DNA of 59,752 bases, filler included. It is 4 parts of 4 records of this genome, joined end to end, with 100 filler letters (N's around TTAATTAATTAA, not from the genome) between each part and the next. Parts side by side here need not be neighbours in the genome. Positions count along the whole stretch, not along the records: positions 10,635 to 31,575 come from SRR2962707_1181; positions 31,676 to 53,015 come from SRR2962707_1183; 2 more parts are not named here. One strand, written 5' to 3'. Position 1 is the stretch's first letter. Every line of letters starts with the position of its first letter. The notes under the pieces were generated by a model, which saw nothing but the letters and a program-made list of their open reading frames with translations, was not told the DNA's origin and made no database searches. This document shows, piece by piece, positions 22,702 to 31,968 of the stretch. A program made the translations under genes and the position numbers.

Positions 22702-23133
22702 TTATTGGGGTGGAATTGAGTAGGTCGCGGTCGCTTGGGCCACCAAAGTGCCAACTTCATCAACAATATGACACTCGACCACTGCAAGGCGTTTGCCCAG
22801 TTTTAGGAGCGTTGAATGGCAAAATAGGGGGCCAGGCTTCGGCTTGTGCATAAAATTGATGTTGAGGTTCGTCGTAACCGTGTGCTTCTTAGGGCCAATA
22901 TGAGCAAGGATCGCCAAATAAGCACCCACATCAGCCAATGTGAACAATGTAGGGCCGGAAATCGTGCCGCCGGGGCGTAAATGACGCGCAATCGGGTCAA
23001 GGCGCAGTGTCGACTTTGAAGGAGAGACATCCGCCACTGAAAAGACACGGCCATCCACATGAACTTCGGCAAATTCCGTATCAAGGAAGTGTTCAAGATC
23101 TGCAGCCGTCATAATTGGGGTGAGGGTTGTCAT
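22702..23133 (-). CDS. PaaI-family thioesterase
   Basis: HLRPGGTISGP..LAD hotdog-fold motif. Confidence 0.88.
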   Translation of the reverse strand: MTTLTPIMTAADLEHFLDTEFAEVHVDGRVFSVADVSPSKSTLRLDPIARHLRPGGTISGPTLFTLADVGAYLAILAHIGPKKHTVTTNLNINFMHKPKPGPLFCHSTLLKLGKRLAVVECHIVDEVGTLVAQATATYSIPPQ

Positions 23134-23210
23134 AATATTCTCTTCAAAATGTCTTGGTTCATGCGAGCCACACTGTTACCTATTTGTGGTTCGATTCAAA
23201 AGGTGAATTC

Positions 23211-24020
23211 ATGTCAGAAAATTCAAAACCCGCCGACGCGCTTGTTTTATCAATGCAAAAAGACAGCATTTTGCACCTCACGCTGAACAAAGCGCCAGCA
23301 AATGCACTTTCCATAGCGCTGATGACACAGCTTCGCGATTGTGTTTTGGCGGCAGCGCAAGACGATAGCGTGCGCGTTATTGTGTTGGGCCATGTTGGTA
23401 AGGTGTTTTCGGCTGGCCATGATCTAAAGGAACTGACAGCGCGGCGCGCGGATGCCGATGGCGGTAAAGCATTTTTCGAGGAAACTTTTGCGCTTTGCGC
23501 CGATCTGATGAAAACGATCATCAACTGCCCAAAGCCGGTGATTGCCGTTATAAATGGATTGGCGACAGCGGCGGGCTGCCAGCTTGTTGCGACATGCGAT
23601 CTGGCGATTGCCACTGATAAAGCGACTTTTTGTACGCCCGGCGTCAATATTGGCCTGTTCTGCTCTACGCCAATGGTGGCTTTAACGCGCAATGTGCACC
23701 GCAAACAGGCGATGGAAATGCTGCTCACCGGTGAAACAATCGAAGCTGGTGATGCCAAAGAATATGGCCTGATAAACCGCATTGTTCCTGAAGATTATCT
23801 CGATCAGGTGGTTACCAAATATGCCAAGGCGATTGCTGCCAAATCGTCCCATGTGGTGAAAATCGGTAAGCAAGCATTTTATGAGCAAGCCGAAATGAGT
23901 TTGAGCGATGCCTATGACTATACAGCGCGCGTGATGACTGAAAACATGCTGGCGGGCGATGCCTGCGAGGGCATTGATGCGTTTTTGAACAAACGTCATG
24001 CAATTTGGAGCGATCACTAA
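23211..24020 (+). CDS. Enoyl-CoA hydratase family protein
   Basis: FSAGHDL, AAGCQLVATCD and TPGVNIGLFCSTP motifs. Confidence 0.9.
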   Translation: MSENSKPADALVLSMQKDSILHLTLNKAPANALSIALMTQLRDCVLAAAQDDSVRVIVLGHVGKVFSAGHDLKELTARRADADGGKAFFEETFALCADLMKTIINCPKPVIAVINGLATAAGCQLVATCDLAIATDKATFCTPGVNIGLFCSTPMVALTRNVHRKQAMEMLLTGETIEAGDAKEYGLINRIVPEDYLDQVVTKYAKAIAAKSSHVVKIGKQAFYEQAEMSLSDAYDYTARVMTENMLAGDACEGIDAFLNKRHAIWSDH

Positions 24021-24451
24021 TGGCCTTTGAACCACGTTTGACCATAGTAACGCTTGGCGTTGCAGACATTGCAAAATCAACCGCTTTCTATGAAAAATTG
24101 GGTTTTAAGAAATCTTCCGCGAGCCAAGACGCCGTGACGTTTTTCATCACGCAGGGCACGGTCCTTGGCCTTTTTGGCCGCGCGGCTCTGGCTGAAGATG
24201 CAGGCGTTGAGGACACACCAAGCGCCTATCGCGGGGTTTCGATTTCCTACAATGTAGATAGCGAAGCAGACGTTGATGCGGCCTATGCCCATGCAATTGC
24301 CTGCGGTGCGATACAAACAAAATCGCCCAAAAAAGTGTTTTGGGGCGGCTATTCGGGCTATTTCGCTGACCCTGATGGACATTTATGGGAAGTTGCGTAC
24401 AACCCATTTGCGCCGCTTGATGCAAATCGCAACATGCCGCTTCCGGAGTAG
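24020..24451 (+). CDS. VOC/glyoxalase family protein
   Basis: TLGVAD and WGGYSGYFADPDGHLWEVA motifs; TAATG stop/start overlap with the upstream gene. Confidence 0.9.
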   Translation: MAFEPRLTIVTLGVADIAKSTAFYEKLGFKKSSASQDAVTFFITQGTVLGLFGRAALAEDAGVEDTPSAYRGVSISYNVDSEADVDAAYAHAIACGAIQTKSPKKVFWGGYSGYFADPDGHLWEVAYNPFAPLDANRNMPLPE

Positions 24452-24456
24452 CCTAA

Positions 24457-24885
24457 ATGGACCACGATTTGTATTCAGATGATCTTATTCGCGAGATCCT
24501 CACGAGCGTTAAAACGATAGCCGTTGTTGGCGCTTCGGCAAACCGTGATCGGCCGAGCAATAAGGTGATCGGCTTTTTGGTGTCAAAGGGATTTGAGGTT
24601 TTTGCGGTTAATCCGGGCCATTCAGGGCGTATTATTAACAAAGCGATGACTTATGCGTCGCTGGCAGATATTCCTGTGCCCATTGATATGGTCGATGTAT
24701 TTCGCGCACCAGAACATTTGATGGGTGTGGTTGACGAAGCGCTCGATTTGGTGCCGCAACCTAAATATATTTGGGGCCAATTGGGTGTGCGTGATGATAA
24801 AGCTGCCGCTTTTGCAGAAGCATCTGGCCTTACCGTCATTCAAGATCGATGCCCCGCCATAGAAATGCCGCGGCTTCGTCTCTAA
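24457..24885 (+). CDS. CoA-binding protein (YccU-like)
   Basis: IAVVGAS, VNP, IDMVDVFR, WGQLGV and DRCPAIE motifs. Confidence 0.9.
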   Translation: MDHDLYSDDLIREILTSVKTIAVVGASANRDRPSNKVIGFLVSKGFEVFAVNPGHSGRIINKAMTYASLADIPVPIDMVDVFRAPEHLMGVVDEALDLVPQPKYIWGQLGVRDDKAAAFAEASGLTVIQDRCPAIEMPRLRL

Positions 24886-25022
24886 AAAGCGGAAAAAGAA
24901 ATTCTCTAAATCACCGATATTTAGTGTGAATAGAGTAGGAAAGTGACCATGGCGCAAATCCATTCTTTGCGGAGCGCTTTCAAATAAACGATAACTTGGG
25001 AAACAATTCTGGAGGACTTACA

Positions 25023-26306
25023 ATGTCAACACATACACCTGGTTTCGAAACGCTTGCGGTACATGCGGGCGCAGCGCCTGATCCAACAACTGGCGCGCGC
25101 GCAACGCCTATCTACCAAACAACAGCCTATGTGTTTGATGACACAGACCACGCGGCTGCATTGTTCGGTCTTGCAAAATTCGGCAACATCTACACGCGCC
25201 TAATGAACCCAACTTCTGCGGTTTTGGAAGAAAAAATCGCAGCGCTTGAAGGCGGCACAGCCGCCCTTGCAACAGCATCTGGCCATGCGGCTCAATTGTT
25301 GATTTTCCACACAATCATGTCACCGGGTGATAACTTCATCGCGGCAAACCGCCTTTATGGTGGTTCGATCAACCAGTTCAACCATGCATTTAAGAGCTTT
25401 GATTGGCATGTGCGTTGGGGCGATATGGATGATGCGGCTTCTATCGAAGCGCAGATTGACGAAAAAACAAAAGCGATCTTCTGCGAAAGCTTGGCAAACC
25501 CAGGCGGCGTTGTTACCGATCTTGAGGCGATCTCTGCGGTTGCTAAAAAGCACGGCATTCCGCTTATCGTTGATAACACGATGGCGACACCATATTTGAT
25601 CCGTCCTTTTGATCATGGCGCGGACATTGTTGTTCACTCACTAACAAAATTCATCGGTGGTCACGGCAATTCTATGGGCGGCATCATCATTGATGGCGGC
25701 ACATTTGATTGGTCTGCAACGGATAAATATCCAATGTTGTCAAAACCACGCACCGAATATGGCGGCGTTGTGCTGCATGAAGCGCTCGGCAATATCGCTT
25801 TCGCAATTGCGTGCCGCGTGCTGGGTATGCGCGACTTCGGCCCAACGATTTCACCGTTCAACTCGTTCCAGCTTTTAACCGGTGCAGAAACTTTGTCACT
25901 GCGTATGCAGCGTCATTGCGATAACGCCCTTGCGGTTGCACAGCACCTGCAAAAGCATGATAAAGTGGCTTGGGTTCGCTATGCTGGTCTAAGCGATGAT
26001 AAATATCACGCATTGCAGCAAAAATACGCGCCGAATGGAGCAGGGGCTGTGTTTACCCTTGGTCTTAAAGGTGGCTTTGATGCAGGCGTGAAGTTTGTTG
26101 AAGGCTTGGAGATGATTTCCCATCTTGCCAATATCGGCGACACGCGCTCACTGGTTATCCACCCAGCATCAACAACACACCGCCAATTGACCGATGAGCA
26201 GCGCGAAGCAGCTGGCGCTGGCAATGATGTTGTGCGTCTTTCTGTTGGTATTGAAAGCGTTGCTGATATCATCGCAGATATCGATCAGGCACTCGCAAAA
26301 GCCTAA
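25023..26306 (+). CDS. O-acetylhomoserine aminocarboxypropyltransferase (MetY-like)
   Basis: YTRLMNPT, HSLTKF (PLP lysine) and HLANIGD..SLVIHPASTTH motifs; ATG after GGAGG. Confidence 0.92.
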   Translation: MSTHTPGFETLAVHAGAAPDPTTGARATPIYQTTAYVFDDTDHAAALFGLAKFGNIYTRLMNPTSAVLEEKIAALEGGTAALATASGHAAQLLIFHTIMSPGDNFIAANRLYGGSINQFNHAFKSFDWHVRWGDMDDAASIEAQIDEKTKAIFCESLANPGGVVTDLEAISAVAKKHGIPLIVDNTMATPYLIRPFDHGADIVVHSLTKFIGGHGNSMGGIIIDGGTFDWSATDKYPMLSKPRTEYGGVVLHEALGNIAFAIACRVLGMRDFGPTISPFNSFQLLTGAETLSLRMQRHCDNALAVAQHLQKHDKVAWVRYAGLSDDKYHALQQKYAPNGAGAVFTLGLKGGFDAGVKFVEGLEMISHLANIGDTRSLVIHPASTTHRQLTDEQREAAGAGNDVVRLSVGIESVADIIADIDQALAKA

Positions 26307-26374
26307 AATCGTCTACATTAAGGTTAATTCCTATATACGCATGCCCCGCCGTTTCGTTTCAGCTACGGTGGGGC

Positions 26375-27502
26375 ATGGAAAACAACCGCTCATATCTGTC
26401 AAACCTTGATCTATTGCGTTTTTTGGCTGCGCTTTACGTGGTCGCAACGCATTATGGTTTTATCGGCCCGCAATGGGGCATGACAGGATATGCAGCGCCG
26501 ACAGGCTGGATTTCTGAAGTCTTCCGGCTTGGTTATGTCGGTGTCCCAATCTTCTTCGCTCTTTCCGGTTTTTTGATTGCGCATGTAACGCAAAAAACGG
26601 ACGCAGTGCGTTTTGGCGTCAACCGTGTCTTACGTCTGATGCCGGGCTTCTGGGCATCGATGACGCTGAGTTTTATCATTTTGATGGTACTGGGTAGTGC
26701 ACAGGACATGTCTATTATGACATGGGTTGCCAACCTGTTTTTGCTACCACAGGCCTTTGGCCAACCCTTCGTTGATGGTGTTTACTGGACGCTGGTTTAT
26801 GAATTCGTCTTCTATGCTTGGGTCGCCGCGTTCATCTTCTTTGGGATTTTTCACCGACATATATTGCTCATCGGCGCGGCATGGCTTGCGATTGCATTCG
26901 CTAATGTCTTTTTGCTCAATAGCGGAATTTTGGACCGTCTACTAATCACCAAATTTGCGGGCGCATTTATTGTCGGGATGGCGTTCTGGCATATTTATGC
27001 CAAGGGCAGATCATACGGTGCTTTGGCGCTCATTGCACTCGCCACAATTCATCTTGCTTTTGGTTTAAAGATTATGTCTGCGCAGGATTTTCTGCCCAAT
27101 CCGCCACAGGCACTGTCAATAACTGCTTCCATCCTCGTTTCGGTGACGATTACTGGCTTGGTTGCCCTTGCGGTCTTTGGACCGCAAATCAAAGGCAAGG
27201 GTCAATTGCTCACCACGCTAGGCGCAATTTCCTATCCGCTCTATCTCATCCATCAAGAAATTGGATATGCGGTTTTCAGGAACATTGCATTCCTCAACAT
27301 GCCGCTAATATCAGTTGTGGCGATGGTGGCCGTCAGTATTTATCTGGCCTATGTCATTCACGAATTTGCAGAAACGCCGCTGCGCAAATTCCTGCAAAAA
27401 CGCATCATGCCACTGTCAAACCAAGTAGCAGACCGTGTTGAAGCAGCTAAGCGTAGCGTTAGTGATCGGTCTAAGTCTTCGCCGGTTCAAGTCGCCGAAT
27501 GA
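26375..27502 (+). CDS. Acyltransferase_3 (OafA-like) membrane acyltransferase
   Basis: LDLLRFLAA, FFALSGF, YWTL.YE..FY and SYPLYLIH motifs. Confidence 0.88.
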   Translation: MENNRSYLSNLDLLRFLAALYVVATHYGFIGPQWGMTGYAAPTGWISEVFRLGYVGVPIFFALSGFLIAHVTQKTDAVRFGVNRVLRLMPGFWASMTLSFIILMVLGSAQDMSIMTWVANLFLLPQAFGQPFVDGVYWTLVYEFVFYAWVAAFIFFGIFHRHILLIGAAWLAIAFANVFLLNSGILDRLLITKFAGAFIVGMAFWHIYAKGRSYGALALIALATIHLAFGLKIMSAQDFLPNPPQALSITASILVSVTITGLVALAVFGPQIKGKGQLLTTLGAISYPLYLIHQEIGYAVFRNIAFLNMPLISVVAMVAVSIYLAYVIHEFAETPLRKFLQKRIMPLSNQVADRVEAAKRSVSDRSKSSPVQVAE

Positions 27503-27735
27503 TTTGTGCGGGCATCCATTTCTGCTTGCGCTTGATCGTCAGCTTCGACGCATAGAATGTGCTGGCGCAAATAGTATTTGCGCTTCCCTTCACACCATAA
27601 TTCTAAAAATTCATTCTCGCCGCTGATTGCTGAAAGGAGGCCCGGTGTTGCGCCGGGCGTGACTTCACAATGAATTTTCTTACCATCGATGAAAGAAACA
27701 ATCGTGGGAAGTTTAGATTTAGAACCACCAAACAT
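27487..27735 (-). CDS. Small hypothetical protein (82 aa)
   Basis: ATG at 27735 preceded by an AGGCGG-like RBS; fills the gap downstream of the patB-like gene. Confidence 0.5.
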   Translation of the reverse strand: MFGGSKSKLPTIVSFIDGKKIHCEVTPGATPGLLSAISGENEFLELWCEGKRKYYLRQHILCVEADDQAQAEMDARTNHSAT

Positions 27736-27811
27736 GATAAGCCGCCTTTTCTGTTGCGGCGACCATAGCTCAATCTTCTTAACGAAGGCTGCCGGTTTGA
27801 AATTTCTTCGC

Positions 27812-28984
27812 CTATTGCATATCGCTGAAAGCTGCTTGCATGCGGCGCACTGCGTCTTTAATGACAGAGCGCGGAGCGCCAAGGTTAAACCGCAGGAAGC
27901 TCTCGCCGCCAGAGCCAAATGTGAAACCGCGATTTGTTGCGATTTTCGCGCCTTTTTCCACCCGATCAGTGAACTCCTCTGAGCTCATTCCCGTGCCGGT
28001 AAAATCCACCCATGCCAGATACGTCGCTTCCAAATTCATCGAACGCAGGCCCGGAATGGCATTGATACCGGCATCGAACACGCGTTTGTTTTCAGCGATA
28101 TAGGCGACCTGTTCGTCCACCCATTCATCGCCAAAATTATAGGCCGCTTCCACAGCCACTAGGCCAAAGCTGTTCGGCGAGATGCCATTGGCTTTAATCG
28201 TTTTGTCAAACTGTGCCCGCAGGGTCTTGTCTTCAATAATGACATTGCCGCAATGCGTGCCTGCAATATTGAAGGTTTTTGACGCGGCTGTGAGCATCAC
28301 CAAACGGCTTTTAATCTCGCTGGAAACGTGAGGCATTGGAATATGTTTAGACCCAGCAAAAACAAGATCGTGATGAATTTCATCGCTCACCAAGATAATG
28401 TCATGCTTGGTACAGAAATCGCTAATGGATTTCAGTTCTTCCCGCGACCATACGCGGCCACCTGGATTATGAGGCGAACAGAAGATCATCATCTTTTCGT
28501 CGCCCGTTAGATTTTGCTCTAACGTTTCCATATCAAGTTCATAATACCCATCATTGTTGATCAGCACGCTTTCAAGCACACGGCGATCATTGGCTTTCAC
28601 GTAACGCGCAAAGGCGTGATAAACGGGTGTAAATAGAATGACGGCGTCATTTGGCTTGGTCCAAGTTTGAACACTCATCGCAATGGCATTGCCGAGGCCT
28701 TGGGTCGTGAATATCCACGAAGGATCAATCGTCCAATTATGGCGGCGCTGCATCCAACCGCAAATTGCGTTGAGGTATGAGGTCTGGTCACCGTAATAAC
28801 CAAAGATGCCATGCTCATTCGTTGCGCTAATTGCATCGCGCACCGCTTGCGGCGCTTTAAAGTCTGTATCTGCGACCCACATTGCGAGGCCATCATCGGC
28901 ATCAATATTGTAGGTAGAGGTAAGTGCGTCCCATTTATTGGAGTGTGTGCCAATGCGATTGATGCGTTCGTCGAAGATACTCAT
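27812..28984 (-). CDS. MalY/PatB-family PLP-dependent beta C-S lyase
   Basis: MWVAD.DF, CSPHNPGG, SDEIH and SKTFNIAG motifs. Confidence 0.92.
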   Translation of the reverse strand: MSIFDERINRIGTHSNKWDALTSTYNIDADDGLAMWVADTDFKAPQAVRDAISATNEHGIFGYYGDQTSYLNAICGWMQRRHNWTIDPSWIFTTQGLGNAIAMSVQTWTKPNDAVILFTPVYHAFARYVKANDRRVLESVLINNDGYYELDMETLEQNLTGDEKMMIFCSPHNPGGRVWSREELKSISDFCTKHDIILVSDEIHHDLVFAGSKHIPMPHVSSEIKSRLVMLTAASKTFNIAGTHCGNVIIEDKTLRAQFDKTIKANGISPNSFGLVAVEAAYNFGDEWVDEQVAYIAENKRVFDAGINAIPGLRSMNLEATYLAWVDFTGTGMSSEEFTDRVEKGAKIATNRGFTFGSGGESFLRFNLGAPRSVIKDAVRRMQAAFSDMQ

Positions 28985-29022
28985 ATTTATATCCAGCTAG
29001 TCGAATTCAAAATACATAAGTG

Positions 29023-30279
29023 TCACGCGAGAGTGACTTTTTCCAGCCCATGAAAGTGGAAAATATCGCGATATTTTAGATCGTTACTTAAGCGCAGGTG
29101 AGGGCGCTGATTAAACAAGGTTGAAAGTCCGATTTGAAGCTCAAGTTTTGCAAGCGGTGCCCCGATGCAAAAATGAATGCCCGCACCAAAAGACACATTG
29201 CCTTGAACGCTGCGCTTCGGATCAAATGCGTCTGGCGAAGCAAATTTGCGCGGATCGCGGTTCGCTGCGCCAAGCAGCATGGCGATCTCTTCGCCTTTCT
29301 TGAGGTGAATGACAGCCCCATCGAGTTCCAAAGTCATGTCCTCAAGGCAGTAGCGTGTAAACATGTGCAGCGGTGCATCATGGCGAATGCACTCTTCGAC
29401 GGTCGCGATCGTTGACGCGTCATTTTTAAAGAGGTCTCTTGGATCAAGACCGCTTTCCATAATCGATTTCACGGCATTGCCAAGCTGATGAACCGTTGCC
29501 TCATGGCCTGCATTGAGCAGCACAACGACGGTTGAGATGAGCTCATCTTCAGTTAGCCTGTCGCCATCCTCTGTCGCTGCGATCAGCGTAGAGAGCAGAT
29601 CATCTTTGGGGCTGAGCTTATGTTCGCCAATGTGCTTGCGCAAAAATGCGGTAAATTCGGCTGATGCATTGTCGGCCGCGATCTGGTCTTCCATGGAGGG
29701 ATCAAGCACATACATTTTCACGATGGCATGCGACCAATCAAGAAGCTGTTGTCCCGCTGACACAGGAACGCCGAGCAGGCGGCATATTGTCGTGAGCGGC
29801 AGCGGCGTCGCATAATCTGCCAAAAGCTCTGTTTCAGATGAAAACTCAGCGATAATGGACTCGCAAAGTTGCATAATTTGCGGCCTCAATAATTCAACCT
29901 GCCGCGATACAAAGGCCCGATTGACCAATTTACGTAGCCGCGTGTGCGCTGGCGGTTCTAGTTCTAAAAGCGAATGCTGCTCAACTGCGTCGAAGTTTTT
30001 AAGATGGGAGGGGCGCGGTGGCCAGCCTAGCTCATCACGCGTTGCAACATGTAATATCTGCCGGCCTAGACGCCTGTCGCGAAACAATGTGTTGACCGCA
30101 TCAAAGCCAGCAAAACACCAAACGCCATATTCTTTCCAATAAAATACCGGTTTCCCCGCGTCAAACAAAGCAGCATAAGCGCGGTAGGGGTTTTGAACGA
30201 ATGCTGGTTCATGGGGATCAATTGACACATGAGTGCCATCGGTTTCTTCAGCCAGTTTTAAATAGTCGGGAAGCGGCAT
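29023..30279 (-). CDS. Cytochrome P450
   Basis: AGHEAT I-helix, EECIR (ExxR) and FGAGIHFCIG heme-binding motifs; start approximate. Confidence 0.95.
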   Translation of the reverse strand: MPLPDYLKLAEETDGTHVSIDPHEPAFVQNPYRAYAALFDAGKPVFYWKEYGVWCFAGFDAVNTLFRDRRLGRQILHVATRDELGWPPRPSHLKNFDAVEQHSLLELEPPAHTRLRKLVNRAFVSRQVELLRPQIMQLCESIIAEFSSETELLADYATPLPLTTICRLLGVPVSAGQQLLDWSHAIVKMYVLDPSMEDQIAADNASAEFTAFLRKHIGEHKLSPKDDLLSTLIAATEDGDRLTEDELISTVVVLLNAGHEATVHQLGNAVKSIMESGLDPRDLFKNDASTIATVEECIRHDAPLHMFTRYCLEDMTLELDGAVIHLKKGEEIAMLLGAANRDPRKFASPDAFDPKRSVQGNVSFGAGIHFCIGAPLAKLELQIGLSTLFNQRPHLRLSNDLKYRDIFHFHGLEKVTLA

Positions 30280-30530
30280 TAAATTAATCATTCTTCGTTG
30301 GGGCAAGATTAGCCTTTATTAGTGGTTCGAAGAGCCAAGGCAAAGCATGAAACGCAGCCTAAAGGCTAGGTTTTTTTAATGCCATTAATCAAAGTTTAGG
30401 CTATCCCTTGCAGAACCGCCTTGTGACATCCTATTTATTGGTCAGTAATCCAACTGATTCCACGATGACTGTCTGCGTGGGCGAATTCCCCCAAAGGTTC
30501 TGAGGCAGCAGAACGCATCAAAGGTGACGA

Positions 30531-31157
30531 ATGAGCAAGACAATTGATACAGCGATGAACCTTGTACCGATGGTTGTCGAACAGTCAGCGCGCGGCGAAC
30601 GCGCATACGACATTTTTTCAAGACTTCTAAAAGAACGCATTATTTTTATTTCCGGTCCAATTGAAGACGGCATGGCAACTTTGGTTTGTGCTCAGCTTTT
30701 GTTCCTAGAAGCAGAAAATCCGAAAAAAGAAATTTCTATGTACATCAATTCGCCAGGCGGTGTCGTAACATCAGGCATGGCGATTTATGATACAATGCAG
30801 TTCATCAAATCTCCTGTTTCGACACTTTGTGTCGGTCAGGCTGCGTCTATGGGCTCGCTTTTGCTGGCTGCAGGCGAAAAAGATCTACGCTTTGCTTTGC
30901 CTAACGCGTCTATCATGGTTCACCAGCCTTCTGGCGGTTATCAGGGGCAGGCGACAGACATTATGATCCATGCGCAATTTACCGAGCGCTTGAAACGCCG
31001 CCTAAACGAGATATATGTAAAGCATACAGGTAACGACTACGACACAATCGAAGCCGCTCTTGAACGTGATAATTTCATGTCTTCACAAGAGGCAAAAGAT
31101 TTTGGTCTTATCGATGTGGTGAGCACAACACGCGCCGCTCTTGAAAGTGAAAAATAG
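30531..31157 (+). CDS. clpP: Clp protease proteolytic subunit
   Basis: [24 protein letters not shown] and MVHQP motifs. Confidence 0.97.
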   Translation: MSKTIDTAMNLVPMVVEQSARGERAYDIFSRLLKERIIFISGPIEDGMATLVCAQLLFLEAENPKKEISMYINSPGGVVTSGMAIYDTMQFIKSPVSTLCVGQAASMGSLLLAAGEKDLRFALPNASIMVHQPSGGYQGQATDIMIHAQFTERLKRRLNEIYVKHTGNDYDTIEAALERDNFMSSQEAKDFGLIDVVSTTRAALESEK

Positions 31158-31431
31158 ATTTTACCATTAAGCGAATAACGATGATTGATTGCCGTACATC
31201 GCAGATCCGAATGGACTGCGGTGTACGCATTTGCGGCAAAAATTAATATCGTTAATCGGTTGTTGGCAATTTCGAGCGCAGGATTGATATGATTCGGAGT
31301 AGAATGTGTTGTTTTTTGGCAATGCTGAGTATCAATTCTTGGTAATTAGACCGAAAATTGGCGTTCAGGGGCTGTATTTGCAGTCAAACTCTGCATTTGT
31401 ATAAATAGTGCGGAAACGTAAGGACAAAAAG

Positions 31432-31575
31432 ATGAGTAAAGTAGGCAATACAAGTGGTGGTTCAGGCGGCGACGCTAAGAACACGCTTTACTGCTCTTTC
31501 TGCGGCAAGAGCCAACACGAAGTTCGCAAGCTAATTGCAGGACCAACCGTATTCATCTGCGATGAATGCGTCGAA
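31432..31575 (+). CDS. clpX: ClpX, N-terminal fragment (contig edge)
   Basis: [27 protein letters not shown] zinc finger; follows clpP. Confidence 0.93.
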
Positions 31576-31675
31576 NNNNNNNNNNNNNNNNNNNNNNNNN
31601 NNNNNNNNNNNNNNNNNNNTTAATTAATTAANNNNNNNNNNNNNNNNNNNNNNNNNNNNNNNNNNNNNNNNNNNN
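31576..31675. other. Artificial contig linker (change of organism)
   Basis: N44-TTAATTAATTAA-N44; sharp drop in GC content afterwards. Confidence 0.99.
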
Positions 31676-31769
31676 GAACCGCAAAGAAACATATTGAAAA
31701 CTTCAGTTTCCATTTCCAAGAAATTAAGTAATAGAGCTGAAACTCTTTTATAACATTACTATAATTCAT
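31676..31769 (-). CDS. Possible N-terminus of a divergent gene running off the contig
   Basis: Open frame MNYSNVIKEFQLYYLISWKWKLKFSICFFAV... up to the contig end. Confidence 0.35.
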
Positions 31770-31853
31770 TTTAATTTTACAAAGCGCTTTTAAAAACTAT
31801 TGGCCATAGATTCTGTGATATTCTAAATTTTAGTAAAATCTGTATTAAAAAAT

Positions 31854-31900
31854 ATCATTAAATACCGTGAGAACAAAAATTGGAATTACTGTTATATTGC
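31854..31900 (+). promoter_or_regulatory. Regulon promoter 1 (box + -7 element)
   Basis: ATCATTAAATACCGTGAG (31854-71), 21-bp gap, TATATTGC (31893-900). Confidence 0.7.
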
Positions 31901-31968
31901 AAACAATTATCACCATTTTTAAGAGGTGAATAACTCATGTTTATGATAGGTATAAAGCAATACAAGAT

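Noticed and set aside
24886-25022. Possible SAM riboswitch upstream of the metY-like gene
   Set aside because: I could not find SAM-II or SAM-SAH consensus elements by eye; a cmscan search would be needed
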